Of a stretch of DNA of 64,000 nucleotides, positions 1-13,166 are shown piece after piece (the stretch's first letter is position 1; the number at the start of each line of letters is the position of its first letter). The notes beneath the pieces are model-generated. The model saw only the letters and a list, made by a program, of their open reading frames with translations. It did no database searches and was not told the origin of the DNA. Origin of the DNA: Squalus acanthias. Its lineage: Eukaryota. Position numbers and translations under genes: made by a program. The DNA lies in contig CM059432.1 in assembly GCA_030390025.1 (NCBI GenBank), positions 104,720,001-104,784,000 of the forward strand, given 5' to 3'.

Positions 1-3000
1 AGCTCCCTCTAGTGTCCGTTTCTTGATTTGCAAGTAAGGATGTAAACAAACCAATGTGAGGGTGTCAGTGAGTTTACTAGCTGTGTATGCTTTTAGGCTC
101 CTTCAGTTGTGACAAATGCTTCCAAATGGAACGCCTGAGCATTTAAGACCAAAAATGTCCTTCTGGGCGGAGGTTTGTTCTGTTGTCGGTGAAACTTGTT
201 TGCATTTTTGGGCTGTTATTACGTCATTTTATTTTCTAAATATAAAAAGTCCCGTAACTTTAAAGTGCTGTTGTCAACTCATAAAAATGTTTGATTCCAT
301 TATTCAAAAGTAACAACCTCTTTCTCTTCCCTTTCAGTTAATTTTTTTATTGATGTCAGTCACTTGCTAATTAATTACAGACTGTGGTATTGCTGAATCC
401 AGAATTGGAAAATTGAGAAACCAAATATTGCCTGGGCTTATCAGTTCTCCTGGTCTACGGGTGCAGAATTGCTGCAATAGCAGATTCTGCTACGGCCTGT
501 GTTTGTGTGTGAGATGCTGCACAATAGCTGCGAGGAAACTTTAATTTTTCAGATGCCTGGATTCAATCTGCAATCTAAAATTAACTGACATTTCTCATTA
601 TTTGCTTGTGTGCTTTGATTGGAAAGAAGCCATACATTTTATTCACTTTTTGTCCCCTTGCTTGGATTAATTTTATACACACAAGGCTGTGTATCGGTAT
701 AGTATGTGTTAATTGCAATATTGTGCTCCCTTTACTTTTAACTCCCCCTCTCTATCCCCCATATGACATCTCTGTTTCACTAACTAGTTACCAGACAGTT
801 TTGTGACATTTAAGGGTACTTTGTACGAATGTGCACTCTCAGCACAGAGCTTTGCCCACCGATAGTACATATTGGGAATTTGGGCAGTGAGCCCTGCAGG
901 ATTTTATGTCCATTAATTTTAATTATGTGCGAATTCATAAAATCTACCCTTTTAGTGTCAAACTACAGAACATTTTATGCCCAAATCCGTTTTATATGAA
1001 TCCTTCATACACACACAGAATTGGAACGCAGGTCCTAGAGCTGACAGGATGGTGTACAGCTTTCTAGGGTTGAATAAGGCCTGGTGATGTGTGCTATAAA
1101 AGGTTTTCATATGTAGTTTTAGATTTGGACACTAGGGTGTGTCAAACTACAGCATATAATCTGCAAATACTGTAATTTTTAGTATATTTGATTCGCAACA
1201 TTTCCTGCAGTACTTTGCAGGAATGGTTCCATTTGCTGTTAGGGTACAGTTACTGCATTGTGAGTGTTTCTCTCGGGTCCTTTTAACGATTGCAATTTTA
1301 TTAATTATTGTGGGCTGAAATCTGTATTGGTTCCACGCAAATAAAATTAGGAACTACTGTTTTTGTAAAACAGATGAAGCTGGCGCAAAAACCTCCAAGA
1401 TCTCTGGGCTTTAGACAGTTAATATTCCAGGGTCTTGCTGCAGTAATATAAACAGTCAAGCAGCATGACACTGGAATTGGTATCCAGCCACTCTTTCTTT
1501 AGTTCCTGAGCTTTTTCACATATTAAAACAAGAAATAACTTCTGAAATCCCAAACCCTTTATATCAAAAAAGACACTTGTGCCCTGACATTGCTCTGTGG
1601 GTGTCTGTTTATCAGTCATCTGGCTCCTTTGTCCTGGGCACTGCTGTATTTACATGCCTTATGATGAAGAGAGGCCCTGCTGTTTCCATAACCTGGTACT
1701 TGACAAGAGAACATCAGTTATATTTATGAGGCTTAAAACTACAGTAAATTCTATGCTTAAATGTGCAATCTTCTATCACCATTCTTTAGTGGCTGATTTC
1801 TTGTCAGCTCAATAATAACTATTAATGCTTTACCTAGTTTTAACAAAACTTTATACAATTTCCTTTGATTGCACACTGGATTCCTTTGGAATTGGGCACC
1901 CTGGGAACTCAACTTTGCAGACACTGAACATGTCATCTCAATAACTTTAAAAACATTCATCTCCATGCTGTCAGGATTTCTATTGAAAACAACGTTGCTG
2001 GGAATCCATAGAACATCCTTTGTGCATCAGTAAGCGGTCTGCTCTTGTTTTGTTTGCTGCTCGGTAACTTAAAATTGATCTTTTCACTAAGTATGGTAAG
2101 TCTCTTCCACATGCCAGTTGGGTCCTTCAGCAAACAATTATGCTAGAAACCACACGTGATCACTTTCGCATCAGTAAAATTAGATTACAAGTTCCAGATG
2201 ACTTTCATAAAATTTGATTATCAGCTATTTCAGTGTGAGCCAGATTTTCCAACCAAATGATGTGGGCTAGGTCCTCTTTTATCCCACTGAAAATCAGCTA
2301 TTTTCTAGTCTAACACTTTTTTTATCTCCCCTTTTTCTTTATACATTTTCAATGTGAAGTTTTCACTTTCAGTTTCAATGTATTTTGTTGTCCAATTGGT
2401 GTTCATTGAACTAGTGTTAGTGTTCTATAATATAAAGGGAGATTAACCAGCCACCAGTTGAGTTCACTGTTGTAATTGGATTCTATATGCAGCTGACCTT
2501 TTGTAGTGCTGTCAATGTGCTGATTTAGTGTAGTTCTTGACTGCCAAGAAATGTGGAATTTTGTTCACCTGTAATTTAGTTTGTTAGTATGTAAATTAAA
2601 TTCTTTGTTTTATGATACTAGATTATGGGCAGATTCCCAATTCATTAAACCAGAGGCAGGGTTAAGGCCCATGCCTGGGTATGGAGCCAGGCAGAGCACG
2701 GTGTGGGATGGTGCACAGGGGTCAAAAGCACTTGGGAGAACGCAGGAAAAATATAGTCCAGTGTCAGCTACCTGGAAAAGTGGCACTGAAAATTTCTTCT
2801 TGGTTTGTAAGTCTGTGACATCTCTTAACTGATTCATTGATTAATTGACCTCTCACCTCTCATCTTCATTGATTGACTGTCCTGTCAATCAGAGATTGGA
2901 CCCGTGAATCATAGAATGGTTACAGCATGGAAGAAGACCATTGAGCCTGTGCCAGCTCTCTGCAAGAGCACCCCAGTCAGTCCCACGCCCCCGCCCTTTC

Positions 3001-3284
3001 CCCGTAGCCCTGCAGATTTCTTTCCTTCAGATACTTATCCAACTCCCTTTTGAAAGCCGTGATTGAATCTGCCTCCGCTGCCCTTTCAGGCAGTGCATTC
3101 CAGATCTTAACAACTCACTGCGTAAAAAAAAATTTTCTTGCGTCATCTTTGGTTCTTTTGCCAATCACCTTAAATCTGTGTCCTCTGGTTCTCAACCCTT
3201 CTGCCAATGGGAACAGTTTCTCTCTGTCTACTTTGTCCAGACCCCTCTTGATCTATCAAATCTCCTCTCAATCTTCTCTGCACA

Positions 3285-3968
3285 ATAAGAACATAAGAAA
3301 TAGGAGCAGGCCATTCGGCCCCTTGAGCCTGCTCCGCCATTTAATGAGATCATGGCTAATCCGATTTTGGCCTCAACTCCACTTTGCTGCCCGCTCCCCA
3401 TAACCCTTGACTCCCCTGTTGCTCAAAAATCTGTCTATCTCAGCCTTGAATATATTCAATGACTCAGCTTCCACAGCGCTCTGGGGTAAAGAATTCCAAA
3501 GATTCACGACCATCTGAGAGAAGAAATTCCTCCTCATCTCCGTCTTAAATGGGCGACTCCCTTATTCTGAGACTATGCCCCCTCGTTCTAGATTCCCTGA
3601 CGAGGGGAAACATCCTCTCAGCATCTACCCTGTCGAACCCCCTCAGAATCTTATGTTTCAATAAGATCACCTCTCATTCTTCTAAACTCCAATGAGTATA
3701 GGCCCAACCTGCTCAACCTTTCCTCATAAGACAACCCTTCCATCCCAGGAATCAACCTAGTGAACCTTTTCTGAACTGCCTCCAATGCAAGTATATCCCT
3801 CCTTAAATAAAGGGACCAAAACTGTACGCAGTACTCTAGGTGTGGTCTCACCAGCGCCCTGTACAGTTGTAGCAAGACTTCCTTACTTTTATACTCTCTC
3901 CCCCTTGAAATAAAGGCCAACATTCCATTTGCCTTCCTAATTACTTGCTGCACCTGCATGTTAACTTT
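3285..3968 (-). mobile_element. CR1-type LINE 3' fragment nested in the element above
   Basis: Second TTCTTATG-type tail (ataagaacataagaaa) at 3285 and a duplicated LVRPHLEYCVQ region in ORF 3651-4127. Confidence 0.85.
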
Positions 3969-6664
3969 TTGGACACAATACTCCAGTTGGGGCCGAACCA
4001 GTGTTTTATAAAGGTTCATCATTTCCACACTTTTGTACTCTATACCTCTATTTATGAAGCCCAGGATCCCGTAAGCCTTTTTAACTGCTTTGTGAACCTG
4101 CCCTGCCTCCTTTAACGATTTGTGCACACATACCCCCAGGTCTCTGTTCGTGCACCCTCTTCAGGATTGTACCATTTAGTTTGTGTCCTCTTATTCTTTC
4201 TACCAAAATGTATCACTTCACACTTTCTGCGTTAAATTTCATCTGCCACGTGTCCGCCCATTTCACCAGCCTGTCTGTCTTCCTGAAGTCTATCACTCTC
4301 CTCCTCACTGTTCACTATACTTCCAAGTTTTGTCTCATCTGCAAATTATGAAATTGTGCCCTGTACACCCACGTCCAAGTCATTAATACACATCAGGAAA
4401 AGCAGTGGTCCTAGAACCGACCCCTGGGGAACACCTTCCTCCAATCTGAAAAACAACCGTTCACCACTACTCTCTGTTTCCTATCGCTTAGCCAATTCCG
4501 TATCCATGCTGCCACTGTCCCTTTTATTCCATGGGTTTCAACTTTGCTGGCAAGCCTATTATGTGGCACTTTGTCGAACGCCTTTTGGAAATCCATGTAC
4601 ACTACGTTAACTGCATTACCCTCATCAACCCTCTCTGTTACCTCATCAAAGAACTCAATCAAGTTTAGTTAAACACGATTTGCCTTTAACAAATCCGTGC
4701 TGGCTTTCTTTAATTAATCCACACTTGTCCAAGTGACTGTTAATTTTGTCCCTGATTACTGTTTCTAAGAGCTTCCCCACTACCAAGGTCAAACTGACTG
4801 GCCTGTAGTTGCTGGGTTTATCTTTACACCCTTTTTGAACAATGGTGTAACATTTACAATTCTCCAGTCCTCTGGCACCACCTCTGTATCTAAGGAGGAT
4901 TGGAATATTATGGCCAGTACCTCCGCGACTTCCTCCCTCAATTCCCTCAGCATCCTAGGATGCATCCCATCCGCTCCTGGTGATTTATCTACTTTTAGTA
5001 CAGCCAGCCTTTCTAATACCTCCTATTTATCAATTTTTATCCTATCAAGTATCTCCACTACCTCCTCCTTTACTATGTCTATGGCAGCATCCTCTTCCTT
5101 GGTGAAGACAGATGCAAAGTACTCGTTTAGTAACTCAGCCATACCCTCTGCCTCCATGCATGGGTCTCCTTTTTGGTCCCTAATCGGCCCCCACCCCTCC
5201 TCTTACCATCCTTTTACTATTTTTATATGCCTATAGAAGACTTTTAGATTACCTTTTATGTTGGCTGCCATTCTATTCTCATGCCCTCTCTTTGCCCCTC
5301 TTATTTTCTTTTTCACTTCTCTGACCTTTCTATATATAGCCTGATTCTCAGATGTATTTGCAACCTGACATCTGTCATATGTGCTCTTTTTCTGCTTTTT
5401 CCTATTCTTTATCTCTTTTGTCATCCAGGGAGCCCTGACTTTAGTTGCCCTGCCTTTCCCCCTAGTGGGAATGTACCTTAATTTTACCTGAACTATTTCC
5501 TCTTTAAAGGCAGCCCATTGTTCCATTACAGTTTTGCCTGCCAATCTTTGATTCCAGTTTACCCGAGCCAGATCCGTTCTCATCCCACTGAAATTGGCCT
5601 TCCACCCCCCCCCCCCCCCCAGTTAAACATTTTTACTCTAGATTGCTCCCTGTTCTTTTCCATAGCTAATCTAAACCTTATGATACTATGATCACTGTTC
5701 CCTAAATGTTCACCTACTGACACTTGCTCCACTTGACCTACCTCATTCCCCAGAACCAGATCCAGCAATGCCTCCTCCCTTGTCAGGTTGGAAACATACT
5801 GATCAAGAAAGTTCTCCTGAACACACTTCAGAAATTCTTCCCCTTCTCTGCCCTTAACACTATTATGATCACAGTCTATATTAGGATAGTTGAAGTCCCC
5901 CATTATTACTACTCTATAGTTCTTGCACCTCTCTGTAATTTCTCTGCAAATTTGCTCCTCCGTATCTTTACCACTATTTAGTGGTCTATAGAACACACCT
6001 AGTAGTGTAATGGCACCTCTATTATTTCTTAACTCTAGTCATATAGATCTGTCCTTGACCCCTCCAGGACATCCTCCTTCTCCAGCACTGTAACATTCTC
6101 CTTGACCAATACTACCGCACCACCTCCTATCTTTCCTTCCCTATCTTTCCTGAACACTGTATAACCAGGAATATTTAATACCCAATCCTGCCCTTTTTTG
6201 AGCCAGGTCTCAGTTATTGCCACAACATCATATTCCTATGTGGTTATTTGTGCCTGCAGCTCACTTAGCTTGTTTACTATGTTTTGTGCGTTCACATACA
6301 TACACTGTAAACCCATCTTAGACCATCCTGTATTCTCTCTTCGTTTGACCCCACCTAATACCTTACTATTACTTTAGTGCTCTCTGCCTCTCCCAATGCT
6401 TTGAGCACTTTATTTCCCCTTTCTAATGTTACATCCTGGTGCCCATCCCCCTGCCAAATTAGTTTAAACCCTCCCCAACAGCACTAACAAACCTCCCCAC
6501 GAGGATATTGGTTCCGGCCCTGTTGAGGTGCAACCCTTCCAGCCTGTACAAGTCCCACCTCCCCCAGAACCTGGTCCCAGGAATCTAAAGCCCTCCCTCC
6601 TGCACCATCTCCAGCCACGCATTCATCTGCGCTATCCTCCTATTTCTATACCCACTAGCGCGTC

Positions 6665-7647
6665 ACAATATACATTAATGATCTAGATAAGGGAACTAAA
6701 TGTAATATCTCCAAGTTTGCAGATGACACAAAGCTGGGTGGGAGTGTGTGCTGCGAGGAGGATACCGAGAAACTCCAGGATGATTTGGACAGGTTGGGTG
6801 AGTGGGCAGAAGCATGGCAGATACAATATAACGTGGATAAATGCGAGGTTATCCACTTTGGTGTCAAAAACAGAAAGGCAGACTATTATCTGAATGGCAA
6901 TAGATTGGGAGAAGGGGAAGTGCAACGAGACCTGGGTGTCCTTGTGCACCAGTCGCTGAAAGTAAGCATGCAGGTGCAGCAGGCGGTGAAGAAGGCAAAT
7001 AGTATGTTGGCCTTCATAGCGAAAGGGTTTGAGTATAGGAACAGGGATGTCCTGCTGCAGTTGTACAGGGCCTTGGTGAGACCACACCTTGAGTACTGTG
7101 TGCAGTTTTGGTCGCCTTATCTGAGGAAGGATGTTCTTGCCATGGAAGGAGTTCAGCGAAGATTCACAAGGCTGATACCTGGGATGGCAGGAATGACATA
7201 TGAGGAGAGATTGGGTCGATTGGGCTTATACTCACTGGAGTATAGAAGAATGAGAGGGGATTTCATCGAAACATATAAAATTCTGACAGGTCTGGACAAA
7301 CTAGATGCAGGAAGAATGTTCCCGATGGTCGGAGAGTCCAGAGCCAGGGGTCATAATCTAAGGATAAGGGGTAAGCCATTTAGGACAGAAATGAGGAGGA
7401 ATTTCTTCACCCAGAGAGTGGTGAACCTGTGGAATTCTCTACCACAGAAGGTAGTTGAGGCCAAGTCATTAAATATATTCAAGAATGAGTTAGATACCTT
7501 TAGCTTTAAGAAATATATCAAGGGATATGGGGAGAAAGCAGGGACAGGGTACTGAGTTTGGATGATCAGCCATGATCTCATCGAATGGCGGAGCAGGCTC
7601 GAGGGGCCGAATGGTCTACTCCTGCTCCTATCTTCTATGTTTCTATG
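6665..7647 (+). mobile_element. 5'-truncated CR1-type LINE, opposite orientation, inserted into host ORF1
   Basis: KFADDTKL followed by open 269-aa RT C-terminal ORF (6746-7555); tail ttctatgtttctatg; host ORF1 resumes at 7648. Confidence 0.92.
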
Positions 7648-8640
7648 CAATGGGAGTAATCTGGAGATTACTACCTTTTTGAGGTCCTGCTTTTTAATCT
7701 CTTTCCTAGCTCCCTAAAATCTGCTTGCAGGACCTCATCCCTCTTTCTACCTATGTTATTGGTACCGATATGGACCACGACCTCTGGCTGTTCACCCTCC
7801 CGCCTCAGAATGTTCTGCAGCTGCTCGGTGACATCGTTGACCCTGGCACCAGGGAGGCAACATACCATCCTGGAGTCACGTCTGCGGCCGCAGAAACGCC
7901 TGTCGGCTCCCCTAACTATTGAATCCCCTACCACTATTGCTTTCCCACTCTTCCTTCCCCCCCTGTACAGCTGAGCCACCCATGGTGCCACAGACTTGGC
8001 TCTGGCTATACTCCCCAGAGGAACCATCGCCCTCACCTGTACTCAGAACGGAATACAGGTTGGAGAGCGAGATGCACTCGGGACTCCTGCACTACCTGCC
8101 TGATCCTCCTCTTCTGTCTGGTGGTCACCCATTCCCTTTCTGCCTGCACACTCTTTTTATCTGCGGGGTGACCACCTCCTGAAACGTGCTATCCACGAAC
8201 CTCTCGGCCTCACGGATGCACCGCAGTGCCGCCAGCTGCTGCTCAAGCTCCAAAACCCGGAGCTCGAGCTCCTCCAGCTGACGACACTTCCTGCACACGT
8301 GGTTGTCCAGGACACGGGAAGTGTCCTGGAGTCCCCACCTGGCACAGGATGTGCATTCCACGGGGCTTAGTTGCCCTGCCATGCCTTTACTTAATATTAA
8401 TATTAACTAGAAACACTTAACCAGCTACTCACCGATCAGCTCCATCCCTGGTTGTGACGTCACTTTAGCCGTTTTGCAGTTGTTGTTGTTTTTGCTGGAG
8501 GTACTCCGCCTCCTCACTGCTGCCGCTGCTCCGGTCTGTGCTCTCTCTCGGCCTCCCGCTCGATTTATACTCCGCTTCCAACCAATCACCTACCTGCTGT
8601 CCTGTGACGTCACTCCTTGTTGTTTTAAGTCACCGCTCAG

Positions 8641-8871
8641 CTCCCTTTAAGCTGCCACCTCTGCTGCCACCACTCCCGCTCAGGTCCGCGTTGTGTTCTG
8701 GGCCTCCTCCGGTGCTCCCTTTAAGCTGCCACCACTCCCGCTCAGGTCCGCGCTGTATTCTGGGCCTTCTCCGGTGCTCCCTTTAAGCCGCTCCCGCTCA
8801 GGTCCGCGCTGAGTTCTGGGCCTCCTCCGGTGCTCCCTTTAAGCTGCCGCCGCTCCCGCTCAGGTCCATGC
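8641..8871. repeat. GC-rich tandem repeat, about 3.6 units of 56-74 bp
   Basis: Units start CTCCCTTTAAGC at 8641, 8715, 8777, 8833 and share CTCCCGCTCAGGTCC. Confidence 0.9.
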
Positions 8872-8878
8872 TTAAGTC

Positions 8879-10276
8879 TGAGAAAATTGACTGATATTAA
8901 TTGTGTGACAAACACAACTATAGGCACACAACTTTTTATAATACACATATATAGATAAATAATATTGGCGATGCAAAATCAATATATGCCAAAGAAAAGG
9001 TAAATTAAATATGTTGTCTTCAAAATGGATTAATAGGACAATTAAAATGGAATTAAATAAAGCTTTGACCACGCTCGATCAGCTCCGATGGACGGGCCAC
9101 ATTGTCCGCATGCCCGATACAAGACTCCCAAAACAAGCGCTCTACTCGGAGCTCCGACACGGCAAGAGAGCCCCAGGTGGGCAGAGGAAATGCTTCAAGG
9201 ACACCCTCAAAGTCTCCTTTGGAAAAAGTGCAACATCCCCACCGACACCTGGGAATCCCTGGCCCAAGACCGCACAAAGTGGAGGAGAAGCATCCGGGAA
9301 GGCGCCGAACACCTCGAGTCTCTTCGCCAGGAGCAAGCGGAAGCCAAGCCCAAACAGCGGAAGGAGCGCACGTCAACCCAAGCACCCCACCCACCCGCCC
9401 CTTCAACCACCGTCTGCCCCACTTGTGACAGAGATTGTAGGTCCTGCATTGGACTCATCAGTCACCTGAGAACTCATTTTTAGTGTGGAAGCAAGTCATC
9501 CTCGGTTCCGAGGGACTGCCTAAGAAGAAGAAATAAAGAGAAACAATTTATACAAGACCTAATAATCCGATGAACGAATAAAAAAAACACTTGGAAAGAG
9601 AGGTTTCTGCCTCTCTGACTATTCCAAACTGACTTTTAGAGAGACACAGACAGGGAGATAGGTATCGATAGAATGGGAGAGAGCACGCTACAGATCGAAG
9701 ATCCATCCATTGGTTCCCCAACCATAATTTCAAGGTCCAGTTGAAATGTTGTGGAATCCCAAAGGAACCCGGATAGGGCCCCATTTTTGATTTAACTTAT
9801 TTCCGTTTACTACAAAAATTGAATGATCAATTAGCATCATCCTTATTAGTAAATACTTCATTAAGCATTTAAATTATCTTCTGTTCATCTACAATTTCAC
9901 CACCATTTTTATCCTGCAGGATTCTCACTTTCTCCTCTAATATTATGGTTATGACAGATAACAGCAAGGATCTTAAGTACAATACTATCATTTTGCAGTC
10001 TAATATCCCTTTTAATCTGTTTTCGCATATTCTTATACTGCTCTCAGTTTTCTCTGATCACTTTCCCCTTTAGGTCTTGTATAAATTGTTTCTCTTTATT
10101 TAATTCCATTTTAATTGTCCTATTAATCTATTTTGAAGTCTACATAATTAGTTTACGTTTTCTTGGACATGTATTGATTTTTGCATCGCCAATATTATTT
10201 ATCTATATGTGTATTATCAAAAGTTGTGTGTCTATAGTTGTGTTTGTCACACAATTAATATCAGTCAATTTTCTCG
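8879..10276. mobile_element. Foldback element with about 210-bp inverted arms, split by an RTE insertion
   Basis: 8880-9062 plus 9539-9562 is the reverse complement of 10069-10275; AAGTC on both flanks (8874-8878, 10277-10281). Confidence 0.7.
9063..9530 (+). mobile_element. RTE-clade LINE 3' fragment
   Basis: QLRWTGHIVRMPDTRLPKQALYSEL and C-terminal CPTCDRDC..HLRTH; (AAG)n tail; 8-bp TSD AAATAAAG at 9055-9062 and 9531-9538. Confidence 0.92.
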
Positions 10277-12355
10277 AAGTCAGGATGTTGTGTGACTTGG
10301 ATGTGGTGGTGTTCCCATGCACCTGCTGCCCTTGCCCTTCTAGGTGGAAGAGGTCGCAGGTTTGGGAGGTGCTGTCAAAGAAGCCTTGGCGAGTTGCTGC
10401 AGTGCATCTTGTACATACTGCAGCCGCGGTGGGCCGGTGGTGGAGGGAGCGAATGTTTAAGGTGGTAGATGGGGTGCCAATCAAGTGGTCTGCTTGGTCC
10501 TGGATGGTGTCGAGCTTCCTGAGTGTTGTTGGAGCTGCACTCATCCAGGCAAGTGGAGAGTATTCCATCACACTCCTGACTTATGCCTTGTAGATGGTGG
10601 AAAGGCTTTGCGAAGTCAGAAAGAGTCACTCGCCACAGAATACCCAGCCTCTGACCTGCTCTTGTAGCCTCAGTATTTATGTGGCTGGTCCAGTTGAGTT
10701 TCTGATCAATGGTGACCCCCAGGATGTTGATGGTGGGGGATTCAGCGATGGTAATGCCATTGAATGTCAAGAGGAGGTGGTTAGACACTCTCTTGTTGGA
10801 GATAGTCATTTTCTGGCACTTGTGTGGCGCGAATGTTACTTGCCACTTATTAGCCCAAGCCTGAATGTCGTCCACGGACACTGACTGCTTCATTATCTGA
10901 GGAGTTGCGAATGGAACTGAACACTGCCACAATCAGTGACCATCCCCACTTCTGACCTTATGATTGAGGGAAGGTAATTGATGACACAGCTGAAGATGGT
11001 TGGGCCTAGGACACTGCCCTGAGGAACTCCTGCAGCGATGTCCTGGGGCTGAGATGATTAGCCTCCAACAGCCACAACTATCTTCCTTTGTGCTAGGTAT
11101 GACTTCAGCCAGTGGAGAGTTTTCCCCCTGATTCTCATTGATTTCAATTTTACTAGGGGTCCTTGATGCCACACACGGTCAAATGATGTCAAGGGCAGTC
11201 ACTCTCCCCTCGCCTCTGGAATTCAGCTCTTTTGTCCATGTTTGTTCAAGGCTGCATGGAGATCTGGAGCCAAGTGGTCCTGGCAGAACCCAAACTGAGC
11301 ATCGGTGAGCAGGTTATTGATGAGTAAGTGCCGCTTGATAGCACTGTCGATGACACCTTCCATCACTTTGAGAGTAGACTGATGGGGCGCTAATTGGCCG
11401 GATTGGATTTGTCCTGTTTTTTTGTGGACAGGACATACCTGGGCAATTTTCAACATTGTCAGGTAGATGCCAGTGTTGTAGCTGTACTGGAACAACTTGG
11501 CTAGAGGCGCGGCTAGTTCTGGAGCGCAAGTCTTCAGCACGACAGCCGGGATGTTGTGGGGGCCCATAGCCTTCGCTGTATCCAGTGCGCTCAGCTGTTT
11601 CTTGATATCACATGAAGTGAATTGAATTGGCTGAAGACTGGCTTCTGTGATGGTGGGGACCTCAGGAGGAGGCCGAGATGGATCATCCACTGGGCACTTC
11701 TGGCTAAAGATGTTTGCGAGCGCTTCAGCTTTGTCTTTTGCACTCGAGTGTTGGGTTCCGCCATCATTGAGGATGAGGCTGTTCATGGAGCCGCCTCCTC
11801 CCATTAGTTGTTTAATTGTTCACCACCATTCACGACTGGATGTGGCATGACTGCAGAGCTTTGATCTGATCCATTGGTTGTGGGTTCGCTTATCTCTGTC
11901 TATAGCATGCTGTTTCCACTGTTTAGCATGTATGTAGTCCTGTGTTGCAGCTTCACCAGGTTGGCACTTCATTTTTAGGTACGCCTGGTGCTGCTCCTGG
12001 TTGGTCTCCTAGCTTGATGGTAATGGTAGAGTGAGGGATATGCTGGGCCATGAGATTACAGATTGTGGTGGAGTACAATTCTGCTGCTGATGGCCCACAG
12101 CACCTCATGGATGCTCAGTTTTGAACTGCTAGATCTGTTCTGAATCTATCCCATTTAGCACGGTGGTAGTGCCACACAACACGATGGTGGGTGTGAAAAC
12201 GGGACAAAGTCTCCGCAAGGACTGTGCGGTGGTCAGTGCTACCAATACTGTCATGAGCAGATGCATCTGCGACAGGTAGATTGGTGAGGACGAGGTCAGG
12301 TAGGTTTTTCCCCTCATGATTGGTTCTTTCACCTCCTGCCGCAGGCCCAGTCTGG
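10277..12355 (-). mobile_element. Decayed non-LTR retrotransposon (CR1/L2-group, distinct from the HER1-type copies)
   Basis: KAMGPHNIPAVVLKTCAPELAAPLAKLF, QFGF, WANKWQVTFAPHKC, MEYSPLAW motifs in ORFs 11223-11804, 10375-10932, 10203-10571. Confidence 0.85.
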
Positions 12356-12545
12356 CAGACGGAATCCTTGGCTTTATGAATAGAGGCATAGAGTACAAAA
12401 ACAAGGAAGCTATGCTAAATCTTAATAAAACACTGGTTAGGCCTCAGCTGGAGTATTGTGTCCAACATTTTAGGAAGGATGTCAAGACCTTGGAGAAGGT
12501 GCAGAGGATATTTTCCAGAATGGTACTAAGATTGAGGGACTTCCT
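12356..12545 (+). mobile_element. CR1-type LINE internal fragment
   Basis: GILGFMNRGIEYK..LVRPQLEYCVQ. Confidence 0.8.
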
Positions 12546-13007
12546 CCTTTTCCCTGGTCGAATACAGACAGTTCTTTTGTTTCTGAAATACTGAATCAAG
12601 ACTGGCTACAGGTCTAACCTGTCAGGAAAATGTATAATTGTGTCACCACACTTGGATCGTCATTAGTTTTCCTGCTTCCTACAGCTCAGCTAAGTAAAAC
12701 ATCCTGTTCTTTAAGTAGGAAAGTGTTTCTGTATGTATGTTGACTTTGCGAACCTTCTGACTAAAGTGTATTGTGCTTAAACTGAACTAAACCCTGGTGT
12801 CAGTGGCAAACTTAAGAGAAATCTTAGTAAATAAATAACTTTTATAGCGCCTAATGACTTCTGCTGTGATAACACCATTTTATTTAGTAACTCCAAATAG
12901 TGTTGTTTTGGATAGTCTCAAGGATTTGTTTATGGATTGGCTACAGTGGTGTGATAATTATTTATCTTTTAAGATAAAAGTCTCAACTTATGCTATCTGC
13001 ATTTCAG

Positions 13008-13166
13008 TTGCCAAATGGTGTATCGTATCACACTGCCACCCACCAGGACAGGCAGGGGAAACTGCAAGAACACCTTCGCCAGCTGTCTGTGCTCTTCAGG
13101 AAGTTGCGACTAGTCTATGACAAATGCAATGAAAACTGTGCCGGTTTAGATCCTGTCCCAATGGAG
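13008..13166 (+). CDS. MED30: Mediator complex subunit 30, internal coding exon (probable exon 2)
   Basis: tttcag|TTG acceptor and GAG|gtaaga donor; 159 nt, phase 0; encodes LPNGVSYHTATHQDRQGKLQEHLRQLSVLFRKLRLVYDKCNENCAGLDPVPME, recognisable as MED30 (LPNGV..LRQLSVLFRKLRLVYDKCNENC). Confidence 0.96.

Larger units (their letters stand above)
2908..8870 (-). mobile_element. Near full-length decayed CR1/HER1-type LINE, interrupted by two other CR1 fragments
   Basis: Minus-strand order: 5' region (about 8400-8870), ORF1 Cys-rich finger + leucine zipper (8125-8382), SGNH esterase VVGDS/HIGTN (7671-8036), APE endonuclease (ITETW, MGDFNYP, SDH; 5580-6223), RT (DFQKAFDKV; 4411-4662), 3' tail ending ..TTCTATGAT at about 2908; frameshifts and deletions. 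Confidence 0.9.

Noticed and set aside
116..313. ORF starting MLPNG, similar to the start of MED30 exon 2
   Set aside because: Similarity ends after four residues; I found no MED30 exon-1-like sequence (CRIGQETVQDIV) in the window.
4835..5236. Antisense ORFs over LINEs (also 39065-40072, 45406-45944, 57106-57447)
   Set aside because: Shadow frames of LINE ORF2 with no independent coding evidence.
8641..8871. CRISPR-like repeat array
   Set aside because: Eukaryotic context; units are contiguous with no unique spacers and no cas genes.
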